Shown here in pieces: positions 16,063-24,534 of a DNA stretch of 64,000 nucleotides (the stretch's first letter is position 1; every line of letters begins with the position of its first letter). Where the stretch lies: positions 39,846 through 103,845 of the forward strand of contig DMEZ01000072.1 of NCBI GenBank assembly GCA_003450735.1, read 5' to 3'. Origin of the DNA: Elusimicrobiota bacterium (GTDB lineage: Bacteria; Elusimicrobiota; Elusimicrobia; UBA1565). Under the pieces are notes generated by a model, which saw only the letters and a list, made by a program, of their open reading frames with translations, had not been told where the DNA came from and ran no database searches. The position numbers and the translations under genes were made by a program.

Positions 16063-19001
16063 GGGGCCCTCCGGGCGCGCACCAGGGTCATGGCGTGGTT
16101 CTTGCGGCAGACCGCGGGGAACGGGCACCAATCGCAGTAGCCCTGCTCGCCCTCCTGGGGCTTGATGACGAAGCGGCCCTCGGCCACGGCTTTGAGGAGC
16201 GCTCCGATGCGCTCCAGGACGGCCTTGCGCAGGGCGGCGTGGTCCTGCGCCGTGTAGGGGTCGGGCTCGGGCTCCTCTAGGAAGGACTCGACGGGGTAGA
16301 AGACCGCGCCGCCCTGGGCCTGCCCCGCGAACTCCTTGCGCTGGGCGGCCAGCTCGAGGTAGACTGGCGGCTGGAGGGCCTCGCCCTCGCTCACGCGCTT
16401 GGCGAGCTTCTTGCTCTTGGCCGTCCGCTTGTAGTCCACGACGCGGAAGCTCTTGCCGTCCGAGTCCAGGCGGTCGGCGCGGCCGTGGAAGCGCATCCCC
16501 TCGAGCGCCTTCGGGAGGGCGACCTCGAGCTTCCCGTCGAGGCCCTGCTCGAAGAGCTCGGGGACGAAGCCGCTTTGCGCCTGCTCGGCGAGGTCCCACC
16601 GGAGGAAGGCCTCCAGGGCCCTGGCCATGCGCTCCTTCTCGAACTCCCATAGCAGGGGATAGAGGCCCATCGCGCGCCAGTCCAGCTTCCCGAAAGAGGC
16701 GTCCACGGCCGCCCGGACGTCGCCTTTGGCCTTGGGGTGCCGGTAGAAGGCCTCGAGGGCTTCGTGGTAGAGCGTGCCGGCGCGGGCGGGGTCCACCTTG
16801 CTGGCCTCGCAGGGCTCCTCGGGCTCGGCGAGCTTGAGGACCTTCGAGGCCAGATAGCGGAAAGGGCAGGCGGCGAGGTTCTCCAAGGTCGAGGGCGAGA
16901 GGCCGTGCCCCTTGAGCCAGGCCAGGTGCTCCGCGAGCGGGCCGACCACGCCGTCCTTGGGGCCGGGCGCGCCGTAGCGGTCGAGTTCCAGCGCCCCCTC
17001 CCGCAGGGCCTTCAGAGCGCCCGCTTCCCAGCCGAGGGCCTTGTGCAGGCTCCAGGGGTCGGCGCCGGCGAGCGCCGCGGCGAGGGACGCTTCGCGCGGG
17101 GTGAGGTAGGGGGCGAGCGCATTGGAGCAGAGCCGGCGCTCCGGCTGGCGCGGGACGTCCTCGCGCAGGGCCAAGCGCTTGGGGTCGAGCCCCGCCGCCC
17201 GGAAGAGGTCGAAGAGGTAGATTGAGGGCACCTGCGAGCGCCCCTCCTCGTCCGAGCGGGGCCAGCAGCAGTAGAGGCGCTCCCGGGCGGAGGAGACGAG
17301 GAGGTGGAAGAGCAGCTTCTCTTCGTCGTAGCCGTCCTTCTTCTGGCCGATCCAGTAGCCGCCCGCGTCGCGCAGGGCCTTGCGGGCCCGGTCGCGCAGG
17401 AGGGGGTCCTCGCGGATGACGCGCGGGAAGAGCCCCTGCTTGAGCCCGACCAGGAAGAGGACGCGGAAGCTCGAGCCGCGGGCCTCCATGGCGTCGAGCA
17501 CAGAGACCCCCTGGTTCGGCTCGTCCGTGACGGGCAGGCCGGCCGAGTGGAGGCGGTCATCGAGGGCCTCGAGGAACTCCGGGAACTCGGGCTTGCCGCC
17601 GAGGAGGTCGAGGACTTCCAGGGAACAAAGCTCGTCGAGGACGGCCTTGAACGCCTCGTCGCCGCCGGCGTCGAAGCGGCGGTCCAGCAATGCGGCCGCG
17701 TATTCCGCCCACTCGCCCCAGCTGCGCCGCCCCTTGGGCTCGAGCTCGGCCTTGAGCTCCTTCAAGAGCGTCCAGAGGGCGGCGTCCTCCCCGGGGAGGC
17801 GCCCTTCCCACTGCAGCCAGCCGCGATGGATGCGCAGGCGGCGGACCAGGGCGCTCCAGCGTCCGGCCGAGGCGCCGGGCGGGAGCTTGAAGAAGGGCGA
17901 GGCGGTCAGGTCGAGCACGGAGAGGGCCGGGAACTCGCGTCGGGCGAGGGCGAGGAGCGTCCAGCAAGCCCTCGCGGCCGGCCGCTTGAGCAGGGGCTCC
18001 TCGGCGCTCATGTGGAAGGGGACGGCCGAGGCGCGGAAGGCGTCGGCCAGGGCGGAGCGGTAGGGGTCGAGGGCCCGCGCGACGACGCCGATCTCCGAAG
18101 GGAGGACGCCTTCTTCCTCGACGAGCCGGAGGATCTCCTTGGCCACCCGCCAGGCCTCGTCGCTCGCCCCGGAGGCGGTGAGGAAGCGCAGGAAGCCCTC
18201 CGGCGCCTTGGCCGACCGGCCGGGGACGAAGAGAGCGTCGCCGAGGGGCTCGGCGGGGGCTTCGACCGGCTCGGGGACCGTGCCGCCCTGGTGGAGCTTG
18301 GTCTCGAAGAAGCGGTCGGCGAAGGCGTAGGCGGGATGGCCTTTGCGGTAGGGGAAGTAGAGGGTGACGGGGAACTCACCGGCGACGGCTTCGAAGAACT
18401 CGGCCTGGAGGCCGACGAGGTCGTAGAAGCCGTAGTAGAGCAGGGCCTTGAAGCGGCCGAGCGCTGCGGACTTCGGGGCGAGCTCCGCCGCCCGCCGGAC
18501 GAGCCCCGCCGGGGTGAGCACGCCGAGCTGCTCCAGGCTCTTCTCGTAGCGCGCGAGGAGGTCGAGGAGGCCGCGGAGGCGCTCGGCCTCCTCCTTGCCG
18601 CTCAGGAGGCCTTCGTCGACGAGCTCGCCCGCCCGGGGCTCGACGCCGGCGTCGATGAGGTCTTTCAGAGTCGAGCGGTAGGAGGAGGCGAGGCCCTTGG
18701 GGCGCGGGCCGGAGCCGAGCAGGGAGTCGACGAGGCGGTCGAAGAGCAGGGGGTCGCCTACGAGCTTGCGGGACTCTTGGCCGTCCTCGCGCACGAGCTG
18801 GAGGGCCAGGCTGTGGAAGGTGTGGAAGCGGACGGCGAGGCGGGGCCTGCCGGCGGCGAGGCGCTCCAGGCGTTCGGCCATGCGGCGGGAGGGCGCGACG
18901 ACGGCGATGGGGGTGAAGGGGTCGTCCTTTTGGAGTGAGTCGAGCTGCCTCAGAAAGGCTTGTTCGAGGGCGGCGTAGGGGCCGCAGCGGACCTTCAGCA
19001 C
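16059..19001 (-). CDS. addB: AddB-type helicase-nuclease subunit (inactive helicase-like N-part, PD-(D/E)XK nuclease with Fe-S cysteines)
   Basis: 980 aa, coupled to addA. C-terminal RADRLD...VVDYKR nuclease motif plus Cys pattern ACPFRY ... CDWCPFPAVC (C-x2-C-x5-C), as in Fe-S AddB. Confidence 0.85.
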   Translation of the reverse strand: MLKVRCGPYAALEQAFLRQLDSLQKDDPFTPIAVVAPSRRMAERLERLAAGRPRLAVRFHTFHSLALQLVREDGQESRKLVGDPLLFDRLVDSLLGSGPRPKGLASSYRSTLKDLIDAGVEPRAGELVDEGLLSGKEEAERLRGLLDLLARYEKSLEQLGVLTPAGLVRRAAELAPKSAALGRFKALLYYGFYDLVGLQAEFFEAVAGEFPVTLYFPYRKGHPAYAFADRFFETKLHQGGTVPEPVEAPAEPLGDALFVPGRSAKAPEGFLRFLTASGASDEAWRVAKEILRLVEEEGVLPSEIGVVARALDPYRSALADAFRASAVPFHMSAEEPLLKRPAARACWTLLALARREFPALSVLDLTASPFFKLPPGASAGRWSALVRRLRIHRGWLQWEGRLPGEDAALWTLLKELKAELEPKGRRSWGEWAEYAAALLDRRFDAGGDEAFKAVLDELCSLEVLDLLGGKPEFPEFLEALDDRLHSAGLPVTDEPNQGVSVLDAMEARGSSFRVLFLVGLKQGLFPRVIREDPLLRDRARKALRDAGGYWIGQKKDGYDEEKLLFHLLVSSARERLYCCWPRSDEEGRSQVPSIYLFDLFRAAGLDPKRLALREDVPRQPERRLCSNALAPYLTPREASLAAALAGADPWSLHKALGWEAGALKALREGALELDRYGAPGPKDGVVGPLAEHLAWLKGHGLSPSTLENLAACPFRYLASKVLKLAEPEEPCEASKVDPARAGTLYHEALEAFYRHPKAKGDVRAAVDASFGKLDWRAMGLYPLLWEFEKERMARALEAFLRWDLAEQAQSGFVPELFEQGLDGKLEVALPKALEGMRFHGRADRLDSDGKSFRVVDYKRTAKSKKLAKRVSEGEALQPPVYLELAAQRKEFAGQAQGGAVFYPVESFLEEPEPDPYTAQDHAALRKAVLERIGALLKAVAEGRFVIKPQEGEQGYCDWCPFPAVCRKNHAMTLVRARRAP

Positions 19002-19378
19002 CGGCCGTTCCTGAGCCGGTCTTCGAACTCGGTGAAGCCGATGACGCGGGCGCCTTCGGCCTGGGCTTCCTCGGCCAGGCCGCCATCGCCGGTGACGACG
19101 ACGGCGCCGCGGTTCACCGAGACGAGCAGGCGCACGGAGCCGAGGATCATGTCGTCGGCCGTGCCCTCCATGGGGAAGCGGATGCGCAGGCTGGGGTAGG
19201 CGCCCATGGGGCGGCGCGGGCCGTCGAAGTAGATCTCGATGCTGACCTTGCGTCGGGATGCGAGCTCATCGATGCGCGTCAGCCAGCTCTCGCCGCGGGC
19301 TTCCTCGACCGAGGGGAAGCGGGGGTCGAAGCCGCCGCGGCGCACGGCGTTGGAGCCGTCCACGAGGTAGGTCCTCAT
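18995..19378 (-). CDS. NYN/PIN-like domain protein (YacP-like predicted RNase)
   Basis: 127 aa starting MRTYLVDGSNAVRR, later VVVTGDGGLAEEA. Normal amino-acid composition. Overlaps the addB start by 7 nt. Confidence 0.65.
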   Translation of the reverse strand: MRTYLVDGSNAVRRGGFDPRFPSVEEARGESWLTRIDELASRRKVSIEIYFDGPRRPMGAYPSLRIRFPMEGTADDMILGSVRLLVSVNRGAVVVTGDGGLAEEAQAEGARVIGFTEFEDRLRNGRC

Positions 19379-19521
19379 GCGGGGTCCATGATATCAAGTG
19401 TGCGGGGCGGGTTGGTCGGCCTTTTCCGGGTTCGGCGGCCAAGTAATCATGTATCAATGACGCAGCATCATGATAGAATCTATATGATGGTCGTCGAGAA
19501 TCCGTTGCGACGGAGTACAGA

Positions 19522-19773
19522 ATGCCCACGGTTTTGATGGTTGCTGGCTGGCGATTTTTCTTCTATTCAAACGAGAGGAACGAGCCTGTCCATATCCATT
19601 GTCGAAAAGCCGATGCCGAAGCGAAATACTGGCTGGACATCGACTCTTTTGAAGCAGTTGAGGCTCATAGCTACAACATGAGTCCCGCCGACAAGAGGGC
19701 CGTCAGGAAGATCATCTTCGAGCATTTCGACTATATCGTTGCCGAATGGAAACGGTGGGAGGGGATGAAATAA
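19522..19773 (+). CDS. DUF4160 family protein
   Basis: MPTVLMVAGWRFFFYSNERNEPVHIHCRKADAEAKYW is the hallmark DUF4160 N-terminus. GGAG sits 8 nt upstream. Local GC is far below the window average. Confidence 0.85.
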   Translation: MPTVLMVAGWRFFFYSNERNEPVHIHCRKADAEAKYWLDIDSFEAVEAHSYNMSPADKRAVRKIIFEHFDYIVAEWKRWEGMK

Positions 19774-20030
19774 TGGATAAGGCACACGAAGTGTCGAAGG
19801 TCTCAATTTCCGGCAACAATATCCACCTGCTGGTTGATGGGCGGGAATACGATATCGACCTTTCAAAGCATTCCGAGAAACTTGCCAACGCGTCAAAGGA
19901 GCAGAGACAGCATTTCGTTGTTTCGCCATCCTGCTACGGAATTCATTGGCCTGCAATCGACGAAGATCTCTCGATTGACGGTTTGATTGGCGTTACCCAC
20001 ACAAGCCCGCTCGCCAAATCAACGAAGTAG
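19773..20030 (+). CDS. DUF2442 family protein
   Basis: MDKAHEVSKVSISGNNIHLLVDGREYDIDL...YGIHWPAIDEDLSIDGLI. The ATG overlaps the DUF4160 stop (TAATG). The track start at 19746 lies inside the upstream gene. Confidence 0.8.
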   Translation: MDKAHEVSKVSISGNNIHLLVDGREYDIDLSKHSEKLANASKEQRQHFVVSPSCYGIHWPAIDEDLSIDGLIGVTHTSPLAKSTK

Positions 20031-20104
20031 TTATGCCGTCGAGCATCCGATCGACCCGACCGCGCCTCGCGGGTCGGGCTTCGAGGCGCGGCGGGTCACC
20101 GTCA

Positions 20105-20160
20105 CGTTGAACACACGGACGAAAGGCCCCGGCATCGCCGGGGCCTCGGGGTGTTCAACG
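20105..20160 (+). terminator. Nested hairpin downstream of the first DUF4160/DUF2442 pair (10-bp outer stem, 8-bp GC inner stem)
   Basis: cgttgaacac (20105-20114) pairs perfectly with gtgttcaacg (20151-20160). Inside it, ggccccgg-catcg-ccggggcc (20125-20145). No U-tract follows, so terminator function is an inference. Confidence 0.3.
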
Positions 20161-20333
20161 ACAGCTGACTGTCAACGATAGGTTAACAGGGCGAACCCGC
20201 GTCGTCAATACGACGTAGTGATCCCCTGCGGACTCCGTTGACGGGCCAGTATCGCTTCAACAGCCCGGCCTCTGAGAGCCCGATCCGGATCCGCCGTCTC
20301 GAAAACTGATAAAATCCATACTCGACGAGGAAT

Positions 20334-20468
20334 ATGCCTGCCATCTCCAGATTCTTCGGCCTTACCGTGTACCTCTATTTCATCGAGATACACCGCCATG
20401 AGCTTCTGGCTGACTGGAAGCTCGCGGCCAGCGGGAAGACTCCCTTCAAGATCCCCCCTCTGAGGTAG
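20334..20468 (+). pseudogene. Internally deleted DUF4160 remnant (44 codons)
   Basis: MPAISRFFGLTVYLYFIE/IHRHELLADWKLAASGKTPFKIPPLR retains the DUF4160 N-terminus and C-terminal helix but lacks the central ~40 residues (including the PPH(F/I)H segment). GAGGAA sits upstream. Too short for the ORF track. Confidence 0.55.
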
Positions 20469-20471
20469 AAG

Positions 20472-20762
20472 ATGAACCCCCGCGTCCGCTCCGTCGAACC
20501 CTTGGAAGATTTCTTCCTGAAGCTCACCTTCACGAACCAGGAGACCCGCCTCTACGACTGCAAGCCCCTCCTCGGATTCGGAGTCTTCAAGGAGCTGAAA
20601 AAGCCGGCCTATTTCCGGAAAGTGAAGGCCGTCGACGGCACGGTGGCCTGGCCCCATGCCCAGGACATCTGCCCGGATACGCTGTATCAGTGCTCCATGG
20701 AACTGCACTCGATGGTCGCATCGCCATCGAAACGCTTTGGCCGCCGCTCGAAGAGGCGATGA
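20472..20762 (+). CDS. DUF2442 family protein (second copy)
   Basis: MNPRVRSVEPLEDFFLKLTFTNQETRLYDCKPLL...VDGTVAWPHAQDICPDTLY. Starts 3 nt after the DUF4160 remnant stop. Confidence 0.75.
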   Translation: MNPRVRSVEPLEDFFLKLTFTNQETRLYDCKPLLGFGVFKELKKPAYFRKVKAVDGTVAWPHAQDICPDTLYQCSMELHSMVASPSKRFGRRSKRR

Positions 20763-21106
20763 TCCGCAGCGACTGGTTCAAGCGCCAGCTCGACGTCCTC
20801 GTCGCGGCTCTCGCCGCCGCCATCGGCCTCAAGCAGAAAGGCGACGTCCCGGGCGCCCTCGCGGCCCTGGACGCCTCCATCCGGCAGGCCTTCGGCATGA
20901 GCGGCCAGCTCGCCCTCGGCCTCCCCCTCGAGGATTTCCTGAACTTCGCCACCCGCGGCGTCGCCCCCACCCCCGAGCTCCTCGACGCCCTGTCCGGCCT
21001 CTTCAAGGAGTGGGCCTCCCTCCTCCAGGCGCAGGGCCGCGCGCCCGAGGCCGAACTGGCCCTCGCGCGCTCCCAGGAGCTCTCCGAGCGGGCGAAGCCC
21101 TCATGA
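20759..21106 (+). CDS. Hypothetical helical protein (115 aa)
   Basis: MIRSDWFKRQLDVLVAALAAAIGLKQKGD... ATGA overlaps at both ends (with DUF2442-2 and glpK). No family recognised. Confidence 0.5.
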   Translation: MIRSDWFKRQLDVLVAALAAAIGLKQKGDVPGALAALDASIRQAFGMSGQLALGLPLEDFLNFATRGVAPTPELLDALSGLFKEWASLLQAQGRAPEAELALARSQELSERAKPS

Positions 21107-22596
21107 GCTACATCCTCGCCATCGACCAGGGCACGACCGGGAGCCGCGCGGTGGTCTACGACCGGCTTGGCCGGAAGGCCGCCTCCGCGTACCAGGAGTT
21201 CCCCCAGCACTTCCCCAAGCCCGGCTGGGTGGAGCACGACCCGCACGACCTCTGGAACAGCGTGAACGCCTGCCTCCAGCGCGTTTTGAGGAAAGTCCCG
21301 CCCTCGTCGATCGCCGCCCTCGGCATCACCAACCAGCGCGAGACCACCCTCCTCTGGGACGCCCGCACCGGCCGTCCGGCCCACAACGCCATCGTCTGGC
21401 AGTGCCGGAGGACCGCCGCGCGCTGCGACGAGCTCAAGAGGAAGGCGGGGCTGGCGGCGCTCATCAGAAGAAGGACCGGCCTCCCCATCGACGCGTATTT
21501 CTCCGCCACGAAGATCGAGTGGCTCCTGAAGAACGTCCCCGGCCTGATGAAGCGCGCCCGGCGCAAGGAAGTCCTCTTCGGGACCCCCGACTCCTGGATC
21601 CTCTGGAAGCTCACGGGCGGCCGCTCGCACGCCACCGACTACACCAACGCCTCGCGCACGATGTGCTTCGACATCGGCCGGCGCGCATGGGACGAGGGCC
21701 TCCTGAAGCTTTTCGGCATCCCCCCTGCGATCCTTCCGGAAGTCAGGCCCTCATCAGGCCTCTTCGGCCGCACGGTCCGCATCGGGCGGCTTGCGGCCGG
21801 CATCCCCATCACCGGGATCGCGGGCGACCAGCAGGCGGCCCTGTTCGGGCAGGCCTGCTTCGCGCCGGGGACGGTGAAGAACACGTACGGCACCGGCTGC
21901 TTCGTGCTCCTGAACGCCGGCGGGCGGAGGCCCGTCTCGAGGCATGGGCTCATCACCACGCTCGGCTGCGGCGCGGACGGGAAGCCCGTCTACGTCCTCG
22001 AAGGCTCGATCTTCATCGCCGGCGCCGCCCTCCAGTGGCTGCGCGACGGACTGAAGCTGCTCAAGCGCGCCTCCCGCTCCGAGGCGATGGCCGCCTCGCT
22101 GGCGGGCAACGCGGGGGTGTATTTCGTGCCGGCCCTCGTCGGCCTGGGCGCGCCGTACTGGGACCCGGACGCGCGCGGGGCGATCTTCGGCCTCACCCGC
22201 GGGACGCGCGCGAGCCATCTCGTCCGGGCGGCGCTCGAGGCGATCAGCTACCAGACCCGGGACGTCGTGGACGCGATGCGCAAGGACTCAGGATTGAGGA
22301 TCAGAAGCCTCAAGGTCGACGGCGGAGCCGCCGCGAACGGCTTCCTATGCCAGTTCCAGGCGGACCTGCTCGGAGCGCGGGTGATCCGGCCGAGGACCCT
22401 CGAGATCACTTCGCTCGGCGCCGCCTATCTGGCCGGGCTCGCCGTCGGATATTGGAAGGACGCGCGCGCGATCGAGAGGCGCTGGGCCGCGGAACGGATT
22501 TTCTCCCCGAGGATCCCGCGGAAGGACGCCGCGCGCCTATACGCGGGCTGGCGCGACGCCGTGAAGAGGACTCTGGGCGCCGGTTCCGTGCTATGA
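21103..22596 (+). CDS. glpK: Glycerol kinase
   Basis: MSYILAIDQGTTGSRAVVYD, GWVEHDP, ITNQRETT, GDQQAALFGQ, KNTYGTGCF, VDGGAAAN. 497 aa. The track ORF has a spurious 149-codon Arg/Pro-rich N-extension. Confidence 0.95.
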   Translation: MSYILAIDQGTTGSRAVVYDRLGRKAASAYQEFPQHFPKPGWVEHDPHDLWNSVNACLQRVLRKVPPSSIAALGITNQRETTLLWDARTGRPAHNAIVWQCRRTAARCDELKRKAGLAALIRRRTGLPIDAYFSATKIEWLLKNVPGLMKRARRKEVLFGTPDSWILWKLTGGRSHATDYTNASRTMCFDIGRRAWDEGLLKLFGIPPAILPEVRPSSGLFGRTVRIGRLAAGIPITGIAGDQQAALFGQACFAPGTVKNTYGTGCFVLLNAGGRRPVSRHGLITTLGCGADGKPVYVLEGSIFIAGAALQWLRDGLKLLKRASRSEAMAASLAGNAGVYFVPALVGLGAPYWDPDARGAIFGLTRGTRASHLVRAALEAISYQTRDVVDAMRKDSGLRIRSLKVDGGAAANGFLCQFQADLLGARVIRPRTLEITSLGAAYLAGLAVGYWKDARAIERRWAAERIFSPRIPRKDAARLYAGWRDAVKRTLGAGSVL

Positions 22597-22607
22597 TACC
22601 CGCCGCC

Positions 22608-22925
22608 ATGGCCTGGGTGTATCTCGCCGTCGCCGGACTCCTGGAGATCGTGTGGGCTCTCAGCCTGAAGCACACCCACGGCTGGTCGAGGCTCGGGCCC
22701 AGCGTTCTCACCGTCTTCGGGATCGTCGCCAGCCTCTTCTTCCTGGCCCAGGCCGCGCGCACCATCCCCATCGGCACGAGCTACGCGGTCTGGACCGGCA
22801 TCGGCGCCCTGGGCACCGCCGCGCTCGGCATCCTCTTCTACGAAGAGCCCGCCACCCCCGCCCGCTTCGCCTGCATCGCCCTCATCGTCGCCGGCATCGT
22901 CGGCCTCAAGCTCACGAGCCGCTAG
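22608..22925 (+). CDS. sugE: SMR-family small multidrug/guanidinium exporter (SugE/Gdx-like)
   Basis: MAWVYLAVAGLLEIVWALSLKHTHGW... 105 aa, four TM helices, conserved membrane Glu in LLEIVWA. Confidence 0.85.
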   Translation: MAWVYLAVAGLLEIVWALSLKHTHGWSRLGPSVLTVFGIVASLFFLAQAARTIPIGTSYAVWTGIGALGTAALGILFYEEPATPARFACIALIVAGIVGLKLTSR

Positions 22926-24534
22926 GCCCGCACGCCATCTCCTTCGCGCTCCCGGTCTCCGACGCGTAGCCCCTGAACCGCTCCCGGGTGAAGAACGCCG
23001 AGACCGGCGACCAGCCCCCCGCCGTCTTGGATCCGCCCGTCTTCCTCGGCTCCGGCGAGAGCGCCCGGCGGAAGACCGTGTAGGTCTCGTCCTCGTGCGC
23101 GGTCTTCCACGCCGGCGAGGCCTTCAAGGCGTCGTAGAGCTTCCCCTGGCGCCCGATGAGGACCCAGTCGGCGGCCTTCACCGCCGGGCTCTCGAGGTCC
23201 CCCTTCGCGCCCGCCTCCAGCTGGCTGCGGAACACGTCCATCGGATACGCGCACTCCAGGCGGCCGTCGTTCGAGACCCGGAACCGCGGATAGAGCCGCC
23301 AGTAGATGAACTCGCCCGTGTTGAAGGGCGTCAGCACGTTCCCGCAGCCGCCCGACTCCTCCAGGAACTCGACCGCCTCGACCGGATAGACCCCCGCCCC
23401 CTGGCGGTAGCCCTTCGGGAAGCCGTTGTCCCGGACCGTCACCTGCCAGGGCTGGAACCGCGGGCGCATGTCCACCCAGTTCCCCACCGTCCACACGAGG
23501 GCCCCGGCGAAGCCCAGCACCGCCAAGGTCCACCCGTCCTCGTCTTCCTCCAGGCGCCCCGGCAGGGCCCAGGCCAGGAGGGGCGGGACGCAGCAGGCCG
23601 CGCTCAGCACGCCCAGCGGGGTGAGCTTCACCGCCCGGAACGACTGCCAGAACGCGGCGACCAGCGCCAGGATGAGCGGCCAGGGGAGCTCTCTCCACGA
23701 GAGCCGCTCCCGGCGAGCGCGGTCGAAGGCGAGGAGGATGGCGGCGGCGGCCGCCAGGATGCAGAGCTTCACGCTCCAATCCTCCGAGCCCCACAGGACG
23801 ACGTGGTGCCACTCGGTGATCTCCGGGCGCGGCAAGGTCAGGGCGTAGGCCAGGTAGCGCCAGTACTCGAAGCCGTAGGGGTTGAGCGCCGTCCCCGCGG
23901 CCCACGCCCCGGCGGCCAGGAGATACGGCAGCCAGGCCTTCCCCCGAAGGGCCTCCCCCAGCGCGTAGCACAGCACCATCCCCAGCCCCGCCACGAAGCC
24001 GCCGTGCAGGTTCGCCCAGACGACGCCGACGGGTAAGACGAGCCAGAGCGCCCGATGACGTCCCTCCTGCCGCGTCCACTCGAGGAACGCCAGCAGGCCC
24101 GGCAGGAGGCAGAAGGTGAACAGCTGGGGCCGGCCCGTCGAGACGAGCCCGTTGAAGAGGTGCGGCAGACCCAGGAGGAGGATCCCCGCCGGCCAGAGCG
24201 GGGAGAGGCGCTTCAAACGCGCCGACCAGACCACGCCCGCGGCCAGCAGGGCGACCATCAGCGCCTTGAGCAGGCTGAGGCCCAGGTCGCCCAGCTGCAG
24301 CGAACCGTAGAAGACGACTCCCGCGAGCCACTCGTGGTCGATCCAACGCTCCCCCCAGGCTGTGTAGCTGAAGCGGTCGACATACGGGAAGCGGCCGGTC
24401 GAGAGCCAGACGGCGGGGATGGAGAGCTTGCCCCAGAGGTCGTCGCAGGCGTAGTTGTCGCGCCCCAAGGGGCCCAGCAGAGCGAGCCAGGCGCTGGCCC
24501 CGACGAGCCAAACGGCTAGCTTGGAACGGCTCAT
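22912..24534 (-). CDS. Polytopic membrane protein, GT-C-like (putative glycosyltransferase; family not recognised)
   Basis: 540 aa from MSRSKLAVWLVGASAWLALL, about 12 hydrophobic segments, first loop with CDDLW and WIDHEWL, soluble C-terminal about 150 aa. The ATG overlaps the helicase stop (ATGA). Confidence 0.6.
   Translation of the reverse strand: MSRSKLAVWLVGASAWLALLGPLGRDNYACDDLWGKLSIPAVWLSTGRFPYVDRFSYTAWGERWIDHEWLAGVVFYGSLQLGDLGLSLLKALMVALLAAGVVWSARLKRLSPLWPAGILLLGLPHLFNGLVSTGRPQLFTFCLLPGLLAFLEWTRQEGRHRALWLVLPVGVVWANLHGGFVAGLGMVLCYALGEALRGKAWLPYLLAAGAWAAGTALNPYGFEYWRYLAYALTLPRPEITEWHHVVLWGSEDWSVKLCILAAAAAILLAFDRARRERLSWRELPWPLILALVAAFWQSFRAVKLTPLGVLSAACCVPPLLAWALPGRLEEDEDGWTLAVLGFAGALVWTVGNWVDMRPRFQPWQVTVRDNGFPKGYRQGAGVYPVEAVEFLEESGGCGNVLTPFNTGEFIYWRLYPRFRVSNDGRLECAYPMDVFRSQLEAGAKGDLESPAVKAADWVLIGRQGKLYDALKASPAWKTAHEDETYTVFRRALSPEPRKTGGSKTAGGWSPVSAFFTRERFRGYASETGSAKEMACGPSGS

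Noticed and set aside
16063-16650. 196-codon N-terminal extension of the addA ORF in the track
   Set aside because: The extension is Arg/Pro/Gly-rich and lies entirely inside addB. The GTG at 16062 forms a GTGA overlap with the addB stop and starts a normal helicase N-terminus.
20205-21102. Minus ORF 20205..20708 (167 aa) and the N-terminal extension of the glpK ORF (20656..21102)
   Set aside because: Both are antisense or off-frame to the DUF4160 remnant, DUF2442-2 and the 115-aa gene. Their composition is poor, and glpK has a textbook N-terminus at 21103.
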